A stretch of 64,000 nucleotides of DNA from an uncultured Alphaproteobacteria bacterium (GTDB lineage Bacteria > Pseudomonadota > Alphaproteobacteria > HIMB59): contig CABXVZ010000002.1 in assembly GCA_902515765.1 (NCBI GenBank), positions 2,067-66,066 of the forward strand, in the 5' to 3' direction. The notes under the pieces are model-generated. The model did not search any database. It saw only the letters and a list, made by a program, of their open reading frames with translations, and was not told the DNA's origin. Positions 1 to 9,480 of the stretch are shown here, piece by piece (position 1 is the stretch's first letter; each line of letters starts with the position of its first letter). The translations under genes and the position numbers were made by a program.

Positions 1-339
1 TCTTCAGAGAAATATACTTACGATTTAGCTTTGTATATTGCATCTTTTGAAATTATTACAAAAACAATCCTTTACTATTTTCATGAAAGGATTTGGAATA
101 TCTTTAAAATTGGAAGACTTAAAGAGAAAGTAAGAAGAGGTAGATCTCTTTTTAAAGCAATGACATGGAGGGTAATAGCCTCTTTGGATACTTTTTTCCT
201 TAGTTATATTATAACTGGACGATTTGACTGGGCTACAAGTATTGCAATATTTGAAATTATCACTAAAGCTATAATATATTATTTCCATGAAAGAGCTTGG
301 AACAGAGTCAAATGGGGTAGGATAATAGAAAATGAATAA
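1..339 (+). CDS. DUF2061-type small membrane protein with tandem duplicated domain (5'-truncated by window edge)
   Basis: Frame is open from base 1. Two copies of the motif FEIITK-x-I-x-YYFHERxW, plus RSLFKAMTWRVIA. Confidence 0.7.
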   Translation, partial: SSEKYTYDLALYIASFEIITKTILYYFHERIWNIFKIGRLKEKVRRGRSLFKAMTWRVIASLDTFFLSYIITGRFDWATSIAIFEIITKAIIYYFHERAWNRVKWGRIIENE

Positions 340-676
340 AATATCTAATTTAGAATTAAATCTTCTTAAATTATTTAAAGGTGATTTACCCCTTTATAAA
401 AGTTATTGGATATATTATGTCTTAGGTAATTTTTTGATATCTGCTCCTTTACTTTTGGTGACAAAATTTCAAATACAAAAGTTTATCTATTCTTTCTCCT
501 TGTATTTAGTTATTAATCTCATTTATTATTTTAGCTCCTGTATTGGTGTGTGGAGAAGTTCCCAAAGCTACAAAGGTAACAAAATATTAGCTTTTTTAGC
601 TAGATTTGTTGTTGTAATAGGTATAATTACTACTGTCCTTGAGTTAAGAACAGTAATTTCAATTATTTATAGTTAG
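332..676 (+). CDS. hypothetical membrane protein
   Basis: 114-aa ORF with three hydrophobic segments; overlaps the upstream stop. Confidence 0.6.
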   Translation: MNKISNLELNLLKLFKGDLPLYKSYWIYYVLGNFLISAPLLLVTKFQIQKFIYSFSLYLVINLIYYFSSCIGVWRSSQSYKGNKILAFLARFVVVIGIITTVLELRTVISIIYS

Positions 677-731
677 TTATTGATAATCAATTTATCTTCT
701 AATCTAAAAAAAAATCCATATTATATTTTTA

Positions 732-911
732 ATGGATGACAATACCCAACTCCAAGTTAGAAAATTTCTAAAAAGATTAGGTATAAATTCACAGGATCAG
801 TTGTTAAAATATATTCAAGACAATCCAGACTCAAAAGAGATACCTATCAAAGTTACTTTTGAAATTGATGGTAAAGAATATTTTAAATTTGAAGATAAAA
901 TAGAAAACTAA
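732..911 (+). CDS. small conserved hypothetical protein (DUF6494-like), 59 aa, absent from the ORF track
   Basis: ATG 732 to TAA 909-911 reads MDDNTQLQVRKFLKRLGINSQDQLLKYIQDNPDSKEIPIKVTFEIDGKEYFKFEDKIEN. RKFLKxxGxxSQ motif; fills the gap before DUF502. Confidence 0.7.
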   Translation: MDDNTQLQVRKFLKRLGINSQDQLLKYIQDNPDSKEIPIKVTFEIDGKEYFKFEDKIEN

Positions 912-920
912 TCATTTAAG

Positions 921-1574
921 ATGAAAAAAATTCAAAATTATTTTTTTAGTGGAATACTAATTGTTGCTCCATTAGGTCTTTCAGTCTATGTGGCTTGGGT
1001 TGTAGTAGGACTTGCAGATAGAATTTTTAGACCTTTTATACCTTTAGAGCAACTAGGCATACCTTCTGAAATTCCTGGAGTTGGTTTAATAGTCGCTTTT
1101 CTTTTTTTCACAATTTTAGGTGCAATAACAGGGAGTTTTTTTGGGAGGTTTTATCATAAAGTAGTAGATGGGATTCTGTCAAAAATTCCTGGTTTAAATT
1201 CTATTTATAATACTGTTAAACAAATCATTGATACATTTGCGACAACACAATCAAATGCCTTCAAAGAAGTAGTTCTAATTGAGTATCCTCAAAAAGATAT
1301 ATATGCATTAGCTTTCTTAACAAGTGAAACAAAAGGTGAAATAGCAGCTAAAAAAAAAATGAAGATGATAAATGTTTTTATGCCTTCCACTCCTAATCCA
1401 ACTACTGGTTTTTTAATGTTTGTTCCTATGTCAAAATGTATTCGACTTTCTATGTCAGTTGATCAGGCTATTAAATATATCATATCTGCTGGCCTAGTTA
1501 CACCAAATGTACCTGCCATTAAAAAAACAATTATAAAGAAAAAAACTTCTACAAAAAAATTAGCTAAAAAGTAA
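921..1574 (+). CDS. DUF502 family membrane protein
   Basis: N-terminal TM helices, IPGLNSIYNTVKQ, VLIEYP, VFMPSTPNPTTGF motifs. Confidence 0.9.
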   Translation: MKKIQNYFFSGILIVAPLGLSVYVAWVVVGLADRIFRPFIPLEQLGIPSEIPGVGLIVAFLFFTILGAITGSFFGRFYHKVVDGILSKIPGLNSIYNTVKQIIDTFATTQSNAFKEVVLIEYPQKDIYALAFLTSETKGEIAAKKKMKMINVFMPSTPNPTTGFLMFVPMSKCIRLSMSVDQAIKYIISAGLVTPNVPAIKKTIIKKKTSTKKLAKK

Positions 1575-3629
1575 CTTTATTGCTTCTTGTTGTTTAAAAA
1601 ATAATAATAATTTATAAATATTCTTTTTGAAAGTTTCATTTTCATACCTATGATTAGTAATAATTTCTTTTACATAGTCTAGGGAGTCGATAATGAGATC
1701 TTGATCCTGTAATGGATTAACAAATTTAAATAGTGAGTCACCACTTTGACGGTATCCTAAAATATCACCTGTTCCTCTAATCTCTAAATCCTTTTCTGCT
1801 AGTTTAAATCCATCTATATTGTCTTTAAAAATTTGAAGCCTCTCAGTAGAAGTTTCTGTAATATCTTTACCATAAATTGAAAAACAATATCCTTGAAGGG
1901 CACCTCTACCAACTCTACCCCTTAATTGATGTAATTGAGATAATCCAAACTTTTCAGCATTCTCAATTACAATATAATTTGCATTTTTATTGTCTATGCC
2001 AACCTCTACGACTGTAGTGGCTACTAAAACTTTAATTTTCCCTTTTTTAAATTGGTTAATAATTAATTCTTTTTCTTGAGATTTCATTTTACCATGTAGC
2101 ATTTGAACATTTTCACCAAAAATTTTTTGAAGAGATTTATATCTACTATCTACATCCTTATATTGTAAATTATCTGAAGCTTCTACTAAGGGGCAAATCC
2201 AATAAGCTTGATTTAGTTCATTGACATTCTTTTTTAAATAAATGGCTAGATCATTAATTTTAGAAGTATCAGCAACTCTGGTAATAATTGGTTTTTGAAA
2301 AGCTGGCCTTTCATTAATAATAATTTGTTCAATTTCTCCATACTGAGCCAAGGCTAGAGTTCTGGGAATAGGCGTTGCAGACATAAGAAGGATATTTGTA
2401 TCGATACCTTTTTCTGCTAAAAAAAGTCTTTGCTGAACTCCAAATCGATGTTGTTCATCAATAATAGCATAAGATAAATTATTAAATTCTAAATTTTCTT
2501 GAAATATTGCATGTGTTCCCACAATAAAATTAAATTTATTTTTAGATATTTTTGAATAAATATCAGTTTTATCTTTTGTACTTCCTGTTAATAAAACTGC
2601 TTTCATATTCTGATTTGATAAATAATTAATTACATTTTCATATATTTGCTGTGCCAATATTTCAGTAGGTGCCATATATGCTACTTGTAAGTTTTTATTT
2701 ATAAAGGGTATAGATGAAAGGAGAGCTACAATAGTCTTACCGGACCCCACATCTCCTTGAAGTAAAATGGTCTCTCTATATTGAGAATTATTTAATTTGT
2801 TAATATCATTAATTGCAGATTTTTGCATATTAGTTAATTGAAAAGGTAATAGATTTGAGATTTTATCTTGATTAGAATAATCCAAATTTAAAGATTCAAG
2901 TTTTTTTTTTGTTTTTTCTTTTAGATATCTTATAGCAAAATAATTTGAAACTAATTCATCAACAGCTAATCTTTTTCTAAATACTTCTTTTTTATCAACT
3001 TCTTGGAGATTATCTGGAAAGTGAATTTTCTTAAGTGAGTCTTCAAAGCTATTAAATTGATGTTTACTAATCAATCTTTCATTCAACCATTCATCAAAAT
3101 TATTTATATAATCTTTCCCACCATTAATAATTTTTTTAATATCTTTTAAACTGATACCCCTAGTTAAAGGATAAATATTTTCTAATCTTCTTAAATTTTG
3201 TTCATTTTCAACTTCTTCTATATAATCAGGATGTGCAATACTAAGATTGCTTTTATAAAAAGATATTTTACCACTAATAATGAATTCTTTATTTTCAGGA
3301 TATTTTGTTCTTAAAAAATTACCTTTCATTGAAAAGTAGATAATATTTACTATTAGAGACCCTTTAGTACACTCAATTACATAAGGTAGTCTTTGGTTAA
3401 AAGGAGGGCGATGTTTTTTTATCTTAACTAAAGTTGTTATGACTTGGCCTTTTTCTAAAGTTTTAAAATCTATATCTTGAGTTCTGTCAATTACTCGGGT
3501 AGGTAAGATATAAAAGGCATCTAAGACAATTTTGATACCTAAATTTTTTAAATATGATGCTTTTTTAGGCCCAATACCTTTAAGTTTATCTACATTTTGA
3601 TATAAGGGGGATAAGTCATTACTAGTCAT
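1560..3629 (-). CDS. recG: ATP-dependent DNA helicase RecG
   Basis: LKGIGPKK N-terminus, QGDVGSGKT, DEQHRFGV, SATPIPRT, QLHQLRGRVGRG. Confidence 0.97.
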   Translation of the reverse strand: MTSNDLSPLYQNVDKLKGIGPKKASYLKNLGIKIVLDAFYILPTRVIDRTQDIDFKTLEKGQVITTLVKIKKHRPPFNQRLPYVIECTKGSLIVNIIYFSMKGNFLRTKYPENKEFIISGKISFYKSNLSIAHPDYIEEVENEQNLRRLENIYPLTRGISLKDIKKIINGGKDYINNFDEWLNERLISKHQFNSFEDSLKKIHFPDNLQEVDKKEVFRKRLAVDELVSNYFAIRYLKEKTKKKLESLNLDYSNQDKISNLLPFQLTNMQKSAINDINKLNNSQYRETILLQGDVGSGKTIVALLSSIPFINKNLQVAYMAPTEILAQQIYENVINYLSNQNMKAVLLTGSTKDKTDIYSKISKNKFNFIVGTHAIFQENLEFNNLSYAIIDEQHRFGVQQRLFLAEKGIDTNILLMSATPIPRTLALAQYGEIEQIIINERPAFQKPIITRVADTSKINDLAIYLKKNVNELNQAYWICPLVEASDNLQYKDVDSRYKSLQKIFGENVQMLHGKMKSQEKELIINQFKKGKIKVLVATTVVEVGIDNKNANYIVIENAEKFGLSQLHQLRGRVGRGALQGYCFSIYGKDITETSTERLQIFKDNIDGFKLAEKDLEIRGTGDILGYRQSGDSLFKFVNPLQDQDLIIDSLDYVKEIITNHRYENETFKKNIYKLLLFFKQQEAIKLLFS

Positions 3630-3873
3630 GGTTAATATTCAAGATAGATTAAAAAAAATAAAATATCGATGCCAAACATTGGGAATTAAAGAATTAGATG
3701 TCACTTTCTCTAAAATCTATAAAAAAATTGAAAATTCAAATAACACTCCCATTATAGATTTAATGGAAGATTTATTAGAAAATGAAACACAGTATATCTT
3801 CGATCTTTTTTTTAATGAAGTCTCAAAAGAAGAAAAACAAAAATATTCACCAATTGTTGATTTATCAAAATAG
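3628..3873 (+). CDS. sdhE: succinate dehydrogenase assembly factor (SdhE/Sdh5 family), divergent
   Basis: KYRCQTLGIKELD resembles the RGxxE(L/M)D motif; sits in the usual alphaproteobacterial position between recG and mfd. Confidence 0.65.
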   Translation: MVNIQDRLKKIKYRCQTLGIKELDVTFSKIYKKIENSNNTPIIDLMEDLLENETQYIFDLFFNEVSKEEKQKYSPIVDLSK

Positions 3874-3887
3874 AAAAGTCTAATTTT

Positions 3888-6800
3888 ATGCCTAATTCTA
3901 AATTTATTCTTTTATGCGAAGATGATAAAATAGCTTTAGACTTTTTAAATATATATAAAGCACAATATCCTTCTATTAAGATTTGTTATTTCCCAGCTCA
4001 TGATTCACTTCCATTCAGTACTGAAAAATCAAGTGAACAAATACTTTTAGATAGATCTAAAAGTTTAATAAATATTAACAAAAATGAAGTTATCATAATA
4101 ACTTGTAATAATCTTCTAAAACTAATTGAGATTAATAAAGATGTTGATCACTATTTTAAGATTAAGACTAATCAACAATTAGAATTAAAAGAAATTGTAA
4201 AAAAATTAGTTGAATTTGGACATAATAATAATCCTAATGTTTATAATAAATTAGAGTTTTCGCTAAGAGGTGACATCTTAGATATTTATAATTGCCAAAC
4301 AAATCCATATAGAATTTCTTTTTTTGATAATACGATTGAGTCTATCAAACAATTTAATCCTCAAAGTCAATTAACTAACAAAAAAGAAATTGATGAAATA
4401 ACTATTGTAAATCCTTTTATTGAGTCTACTGAAACTAATCATAAAAGTACAAATATCCTAGAATTGCTTGAGGGTTATGATATCAAAACATTAAATAGAG
4501 GTGATTTAATTTTATATGAAAGAATTAAATTTTTTAAATCAATTTATAAACAAAGTGGCATAATAGATCCATATGAGAATTTTTATTTAGATGAAGAATT
4601 CTTTAAAAAAATCAATTTTGAAAATATTCAAATATCAACTCCAAAGATTTATTTAGATACAAAAAATGTATCTTTGGATTCACTTACTGGCATTAAATCT
4701 AAAATCATTATACATGAAGGATCTAATGAAACTTCTTTTAAGAAAGAATATTTTGAAAAAATTAAAATAGAACCAAACTATGCCAATAACATAACATTTG
4801 TGGATACAGTAATTTCTAAAAACCTATCTAGTAATGGATATATCCACATTAATGCCTACAATAAACCATCCAAGAATGCATTCACAGAGAATGTTGTAAG
4901 TTTTAATGAGTTAAGTCTTGGCGATGCAATAGTTCATCAAAAACATGGTATAGGAAGATTTTTATCCATAGATAGTATTGAAATAAGTCATAGAATCAGA
5001 GAGTTTGTAAGATTGATTTATCGAAATAATGATAAATTACTACTACCTATAGAAAATTTAAATTTAATATCTAGATACGGCTTTGATGATAGTGGTGTTA
5101 TTTTAGATAAATTAGGCAGTTCTGATTTTTCTATTAGAAAAAACTCTGTAAAGAAAAAGATTAAATTTCTTGCCAATAAATTGCTTAAAAATGCCGCCAG
5201 AAGAGAGACTTTATCTATTAAATCATTTGACTATTCTGAAAGTAATCTTGAAAAATTTAATAAACAGTTTGGTTTTATTGAAACTGAGGATCAATTAAAT
5301 TCTATTGATGTCTCTTTATCAGATCTAAGATCTAATAAACCAGCAAATAGATTAATATGTGGAGATGTTGGTTTTGGTAAAACTGAAGTAGCTCTCAGAA
5401 TTGCCTGTGCTACTTATCTATCTGGTTTTCAATTCATAATAGTTGTTCCTACTACTTTGTTAGCATTACAGCATAGTCGAACATTTTCTGATAGATTTTC
5501 AATTTTTAATGAAAGAGTCGCTACTCTATCAAGGTTTACTTCACAAAAAGAAAAAAAGGAAATACTTGAAAAGCTTAGAACTGGCGATATTCAAATACTC
5601 ATAGCTACACATAGTTTATTTAAAAAAGAAATAGAATTTAATAACCTCGGTACTTTAGTAATAGATGAAGAACAAAAGTTTGGAGTAGATCAAAAAGAAT
5701 ACCTAATAAATAAATATCCTCACATCCATCTATTTTCACTATCTGCAACTCCCATACCTAGAACACTTCAAATGTCTTTGTTGGGATTAAAAGATTTAAG
5801 TGTAATTGGAACACCACCCTCTAATAGGTTAGCCATTAGAACTTATGTACAAAAATATGAGCAGGTTTCTTTTTTAACTGCTGTTAATAATGAAATTTCA
5901 AGAAATGGTCAAATTTTTATTGTTGTTCCTCGAATAAGTCATATCCCATTTGTTGAAAGTGAGATTAAGAAATTAAATTTAAATATTAGTTATGGGATAG
6001 GACATAGCAAAATGAAAGAAAAAGATATAGAGGAAGTCTTCATGTCATTTTCTGAAGGTAGAATACAATGTTTAATATCTACTAATATTATTGAGTCAGG
6101 CATTGATATTAAAAATGCTAATACACTTATAATTTTTAATTCTAATTTATTTGGTTTATCGCAACTTTATCAATTAAGAGGTAGGGTAGGTAGGTCTGAT
6201 ATAAGAGCTTATGCTTATTTATTTCATGATAGCGAAAAACTTATTAATAAAACGGCACTTAAAAAATTACAAGTGCTAGCAAATTATGAAAATTTGGGAT
6301 CCAATTTTCAATTAGCAAATGAAGATTTAGAGATTAGAGGAGCTGGTAATCTTTTAGGTGATGAACAAAGTGGACATGTTAAAGAAATAGGAATTGAACT
6401 CTATCAAAGCATGCTAAGGGAAGAAGTTGAAAGACAAAAAAACAATACAACATCTGAACAAGAAAAATATGAAGATTTTGAATTTAATGCCTATTTTGAA
6501 TATTATATTTCAAGGAATTATATAACAGATGATATATCAAGATTAATTATTTATCGAAAATTAACAAACGCTCAATCATCACTGGAATTAAAAAGCATCC
6601 TTAATGAAATGTATGATAGGTATGGTAACTACCCTCCTGAGGTTATAAATCTTATAAATCTCTTACAAATTAAATTAAAATCTATATCAGTAGGAATTAT
6701 AAAAATTAATATTCAAAAAAAATATATAGATCTCTCTTTTATTAAAGTATCTGAAGAAATTTCTAAAATACTAATAAATATGGTTCAAGATAAGATTATC

Positions 6801-6896
6801 AAAATGAAAAGTTCAAAGGTTATACAAATAAAAAATGCAGAAAAGGAAGATATTTTTTATACTATAAATTTATTCTATAAAAAGTTAGGATTATAA
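3888..6896 (+). CDS. mfd: transcription-repair coupling factor Mfd
   Basis: EFSLRGDILDI, VHQKHGIGRF (RNAP-interaction domain), CGDVGFGKT, DEEQKFGV, QLYQLRGRVGRS, C-terminal TRCF domain. Confidence 0.95.
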   Translation: MPNSKFILLCEDDKIALDFLNIYKAQYPSIKICYFPAHDSLPFSTEKSSEQILLDRSKSLININKNEVIIITCNNLLKLIEINKDVDHYFKIKTNQQLELKEIVKKLVEFGHNNNPNVYNKLEFSLRGDILDIYNCQTNPYRISFFDNTIESIKQFNPQSQLTNKKEIDEITIVNPFIESTETNHKSTNILELLEGYDIKTLNRGDLILYERIKFFKSIYKQSGIIDPYENFYLDEEFFKKINFENIQISTPKIYLDTKNVSLDSLTGIKSKIIIHEGSNETSFKKEYFEKIKIEPNYANNITFVDTVISKNLSSNGYIHINAYNKPSKNAFTENVVSFNELSLGDAIVHQKHGIGRFLSIDSIEISHRIREFVRLIYRNNDKLLLPIENLNLISRYGFDDSGVILDKLGSSDFSIRKNSVKKKIKFLANKLLKNAARRETLSIKSFDYSESNLEKFNKQFGFIETEDQLNSIDVSLSDLRSNKPANRLICGDVGFGKTEVALRIACATYLSGFQFIIVVPTTLLALQHSRTFSDRFSIFNERVATLSRFTSQKEKKEILEKLRTGDIQILIATHSLFKKEIEFNNLGTLVIDEEQKFGVDQKEYLINKYPHIHLFSLSATPIPRTLQMSLLGLKDLSVIGTPPSNRLAIRTYVQKYEQVSFLTAVNNEISRNGQIFIVVPRISHIPFVESEIKKLNLNISYGIGHSKMKEKDIEEVFMSFSEGRIQCLISTNIIESGIDIKNANTLIIFNSNLFGLSQLYQLRGRVGRSDIRAYAYLFHDSEKLINKTALKKLQVLANYENLGSNFQLANEDLEIRGAGNLLGDEQSGHVKEIGIELYQSMLREEVERQKNNTTSEQEKYEDFEFNAYFEYYISRNYITDDISRLIIYRKLTNAQSSLELKSILNEMYDRYGNYPPEVINLINLLQIKLKSISVGIIKINIQKKYIDLSFIKVSEEISKILINMVQDKIIKMKSSKVIQIKNAEKEDIFYTINLFYKKLGL

Positions 6897-6897
6897 A

Positions 6898-7095
6898 ATG
6901 GAGAACATGGATCAACAACTTCCTAAGACTAATGCAGATTGGGCTATATATTATAACTCTATTCTAGAAGAACTCACAGAAAATCAAAAAGAAATTGGTC
7001 AACCTATTTCTGTAGATGAATTTCATGCACTTCCTATAAAACGAAAGCAAAAATATATGAAAAAATTATATTTAAAAATTGGCGATGCAGAGTAA
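6898..7095 (+). CDS. hypothetical protein
   Basis: 65-aa ORF tightly packed between mfd and the next gene. Confidence 0.55.
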   Translation: MENMDQQLPKTNADWAIYYNSILEELTENQKEIGQPISVDEFHALPIKRKQKYMKKLYLKIGDAE

Positions 7096-8053
7096 AGATT
7101 ATATTCCCAATATTGATTTATCAGAAATATTAGAAAATAGTAAATCCGATGCTATTATAAAAAAAATTAAGTTGGCTTCTGAAGAGATTGGTTTTTTTAC
7201 AGTCACCAATCATGGAATTCCTCTTTCTCAAATAGAAAATTTATTAAGCACTTGTAAAAAATTTTTTTACTTACCTAAAAAAGAAAAAATTAAAATTGCT
7301 CCTAAAAAATGGAACCATAATACCGATACAATTTATAGAGGATATTTTCCAAGTGAAGTTAATGGTAAAGAAGGCCTTGATATTGGTGATCCCAAATTAA
7401 CAATTGATATGAATGAACTTCTAGTTAAAGAGAAATTCGAAGTTAATCATGATATGTCATTTCTTGATCCTCAATGGCAAATAACTATCAATGAATATTT
7501 TGATAGCATCCATAATCTTGGAATTTTAATTTTTAAAGCAATTATTAGCTCTTATTCAAGCAATACTATTTTAGCAGAAGAGGCTTTTATAAGACCTAAA
7601 ACGTTATCAACTCTTAGATTTAACTATTATCCTAAGCAAGAGAAACCTGTAGAGGTATCTGCTCAAGATGGAGTAGCACTCGGTTGCGAAACCCATGTTG
7701 ATAGTGGAATTATGACTATTTTGTATCAGGATAAAAAAGGAGGTCTTCAAGTCCAAAATAGACATACCCTCGAGTGGCATGATGTACCTCATGATCCCAA
7801 TGCTTTTGTAATTAATACCGGTCTTGCTTTAGAATGTCTTACAAATGGTAAAATGAAAGCAACTAATCATCGAGTCTTATTTAATCAAGAAGAAAGAGTA
7901 TCTATTCCTTTCTTTTTTGAGCCTTCTTATGATTTTGTACTAGATCCTAAACATTTAAATATTTCAGAAGAGAGTAAATATGATATTGATAACTATGAGA
8001 ATTTTTTAACTAATTCTCTTAAAAAATTTGTTGAATATGACAGGGCTAATTAA
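7085..8053 (+). CDS. 2-oxoglutarate/Fe(II)-dependent oxygenase (isopenicillin N synthase-like)
   Basis: GFFTVTNHGI, LRFNYYP, HVD...H (TNHRV) iron triad, RxS (RVSIPFF). ATG at 7085 preferred over TTG at 7079. Confidence 0.9.
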   Translation: MQSKDYIPNIDLSEILENSKSDAIIKKIKLASEEIGFFTVTNHGIPLSQIENLLSTCKKFFYLPKKEKIKIAPKKWNHNTDTIYRGYFPSEVNGKEGLDIGDPKLTIDMNELLVKEKFEVNHDMSFLDPQWQITINEYFDSIHNLGILIFKAIISSYSSNTILAEEAFIRPKTLSTLRFNYYPKQEKPVEVSAQDGVALGCETHVDSGIMTILYQDKKGGLQVQNRHTLEWHDVPHDPNAFVINTGLALECLTNGKMKATNHRVLFNQEERVSIPFFFEPSYDFVLDPKHLNISEESKYDIDNYENFLTNSLKKFVEYDRAN

Positions 8054-8498
8054 AAAACTTTTCATTTTATCAGTGTTTGCACTTTTGGGTTGTAACAACA
8101 TGATAGACGGAGTTAATAAATCTGATACTCAAAGAATTAACGCAGTAAAATATGGCACTTTAGTTGCCGCAGAACCAGTTAAGATTAAAGGCGAAGATGA
8201 TGGTTTAGGTGCTATTACAGGGGGATTATTAGGCGCTGTTATAGGCTGTGGTGAGGGCATATTTGATGATGAATGTAGAGACACTGTAGCTGTAGTAGGA
8301 GCTATTGGAGGTGCCATTATAGGCAATGCTGTAGCTTCAAGATTGGGTGATCATAATGGTTTTCAATATGTTGTCGACGTAGAAGACAGTGATGAAGATA
8401 TTTCTATAGTTCAATCTGGTGATGAACAAATTCCCATAGGTTCAAAAGTTACTGTTTCAATTGGAGCCAATACTAGAATTATTCAATCTGATAGTTAA
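8037..8498 (+). CDS. glycine-zipper outer-membrane lipoprotein (SlyB/Pcp-like)
   Basis: Lipobox LLGC, GAITGGLLGAVIG and GAIGGAIIG zippers. Confidence 0.8.
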   Translation: MTGLIKKLFILSVFALLGCNNMIDGVNKSDTQRINAVKYGTLVAAEPVKIKGEDDGLGAITGGLLGAVIGCGEGIFDDECRDTVAVVGAIGGAIIGNAVASRLGDHNGFQYVVDVEDSDEDISIVQSGDEQIPIGSKVTVSIGANTRIIQSDS

Positions 8499-8530
8499 AT
8501 AAATTTAATTTTAAATAAGGAGAAACTTAG

Positions 8531-8833
8531 ATGTTTATTGCAATGAATAGATTTAAAGTGAAATTAGGTGAAGAGTCTTATTTTGAAGAAATTTGGAAGA
8601 ATAGAGATACGCACCTTAATGAAGTTCCTGGTTTTAAAAAATTTAACTTGATAAAAAGTGAGTCTAATGAACAGTTTACATTGTACGCTTCGCACAGCGA
8701 GTGGTCATCAAAAGAAGATTTTATTAATTGGACAAAATCTGAAGCTTTTAGAATGGCTCATAAAAATGCAGGTGGACATAAAAGTGTTTATCTAGACCAC
8801 CCACAATTTGAAGGATTTGAAGTAGTATTATAA
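8531..8833 (+). CDS. antibiotic-biosynthesis-monooxygenase family protein (IsdG/HmoA-like, possibly heme-degrading)
   Basis: MFIAMNRF, VPGF, WTKSEAFRMAH, PQFEGF; AGGAG RBS upstream. Confidence 0.85.
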   Translation: MFIAMNRFKVKLGEESYFEEIWKNRDTHLNEVPGFKKFNLIKSESNEQFTLYASHSEWSSKEDFINWTKSEAFRMAHKNAGGHKSVYLDHPQFEGFEVVL

Positions 8834-8840
8834 ATTTTAA

Positions 8841-9200
8841 TTAGAAGGAGTAAGTTAACTCCCCGCCAATACTAAGACCTCTACCATACTGTTCTATAAT
8901 TTTTCCAAATTCAGGAAAATAATCATTTTTTTGTGCATGATCTTCATGTCTCATTACACTTTCCATTGAAGAAAATTGTTCGTTAATTGTAAAAATCATA
9001 CCTCCGGTTTCACCAGAACTTGGATCTAGTGAATTATTGTACTCTGGAGCTTTTGTAAAATATCCATGCAATAGATGTTCTTTATCATCAGCATAGAAGC
9101 TTTTCATCCAGTCCCCATGTTTATTAAAGATTTTTTCTACTTCTTCTACTTTTTCTTTTGGCGCAATTACAGTTAAGTTTATGCATTTAACGTCACTCAT
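8841..9200 (-). CDS. hypothetical protein
   Basis: 119-aa ORF with GGAG RBS, just downstream of the tRNA-Ser 3' end. Confidence 0.65.
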   Translation of the reverse strand: MSDVKCINLTVIAPKEKVEEVEKIFNKHGDWMKSFYADDKEHLLHGYFTKAPEYNNSLDPSSGETGGMIFTINEQFSSMESVMRHEDHAQKNDYFPEFGKIIEQYGRGLSIGGELTYSF

Positions 9201-9245
9201 ATGTATTCTCCCTAAATTATTATAATTGTTAAATCAAAAAAGATA

Positions 9246-9335
9246 TGGCGGAGAGACTGGGATTCGAACCCAGGAAGGGCTTGCACCCTTGTCAGTTTTC
9301 AAGACTGATGCGTTCAACCGCTCTGCCATCTCTCC
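9246..9335 (-). tRNA. tRNA-Ser(TGA)
   Basis: Minus strand reads GGAGAGATGGCAGAGCGGTTGAACGCATCAGTCTTGAAAACTGACAAGGGTGCAAGCCCTTCCTGGGTTCGAATCCCAGTCTCTCCGCCA: 90 nt, long variable arm, TTCGA T-loop, encoded CCA. Confidence 0.97.
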
Positions 9336-9340
9336 GAAGC
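9297..9340. repeat. att-like 44-bp direct repeat, copy 1 (within intact tRNA-Ser)
   Basis: TTTCAAGACTGATGCGTTCAACCGCTCTGCCATCTCTCCGAAGC, identical to 11314-11357. Confidence 0.95.
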
Positions 9341-9357
9341 TAAATAAGTCTTTAAAG

Positions 9358-9390
9358 TGTATATAACACAATACTTTTAAATCAAATATA
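9358..9390 (-). promoter_or_regulatory. putative element-borne promoter for the intact tRNA-Ser
   Basis: Minus strand TATATTTGA-N15-TTATATACA; the same two 9-mers occur at 11365-11395. Confidence 0.45.
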
Positions 9391-9407
9391 TTTTTTTATC
9401 AAATTAT

Positions 9408-9440
9408 CTGTGCCACAGCTGTGCCACAGCTGTGCCACAA
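9408..9440. repeat. three tandem 11-bp palindromic units (left array; putative recombinase arm-type sites)
   Basis: CTGTGCCACAG CTGTGCCACAG CTGTGCCACAA. Confidence 0.9.
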
Positions 9441-9480
9441 TTAAGCCTAAATCTGTCCTGTTCTCAACCGTAAATAAAAA

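Noticed and set aside
7085-8833. Antibiotic biosynthesis cluster (IPNS-like plus ABM genes)
   Set aside because: The family names are historical; there are no NRPS, PKS or other pathway genes nearby.
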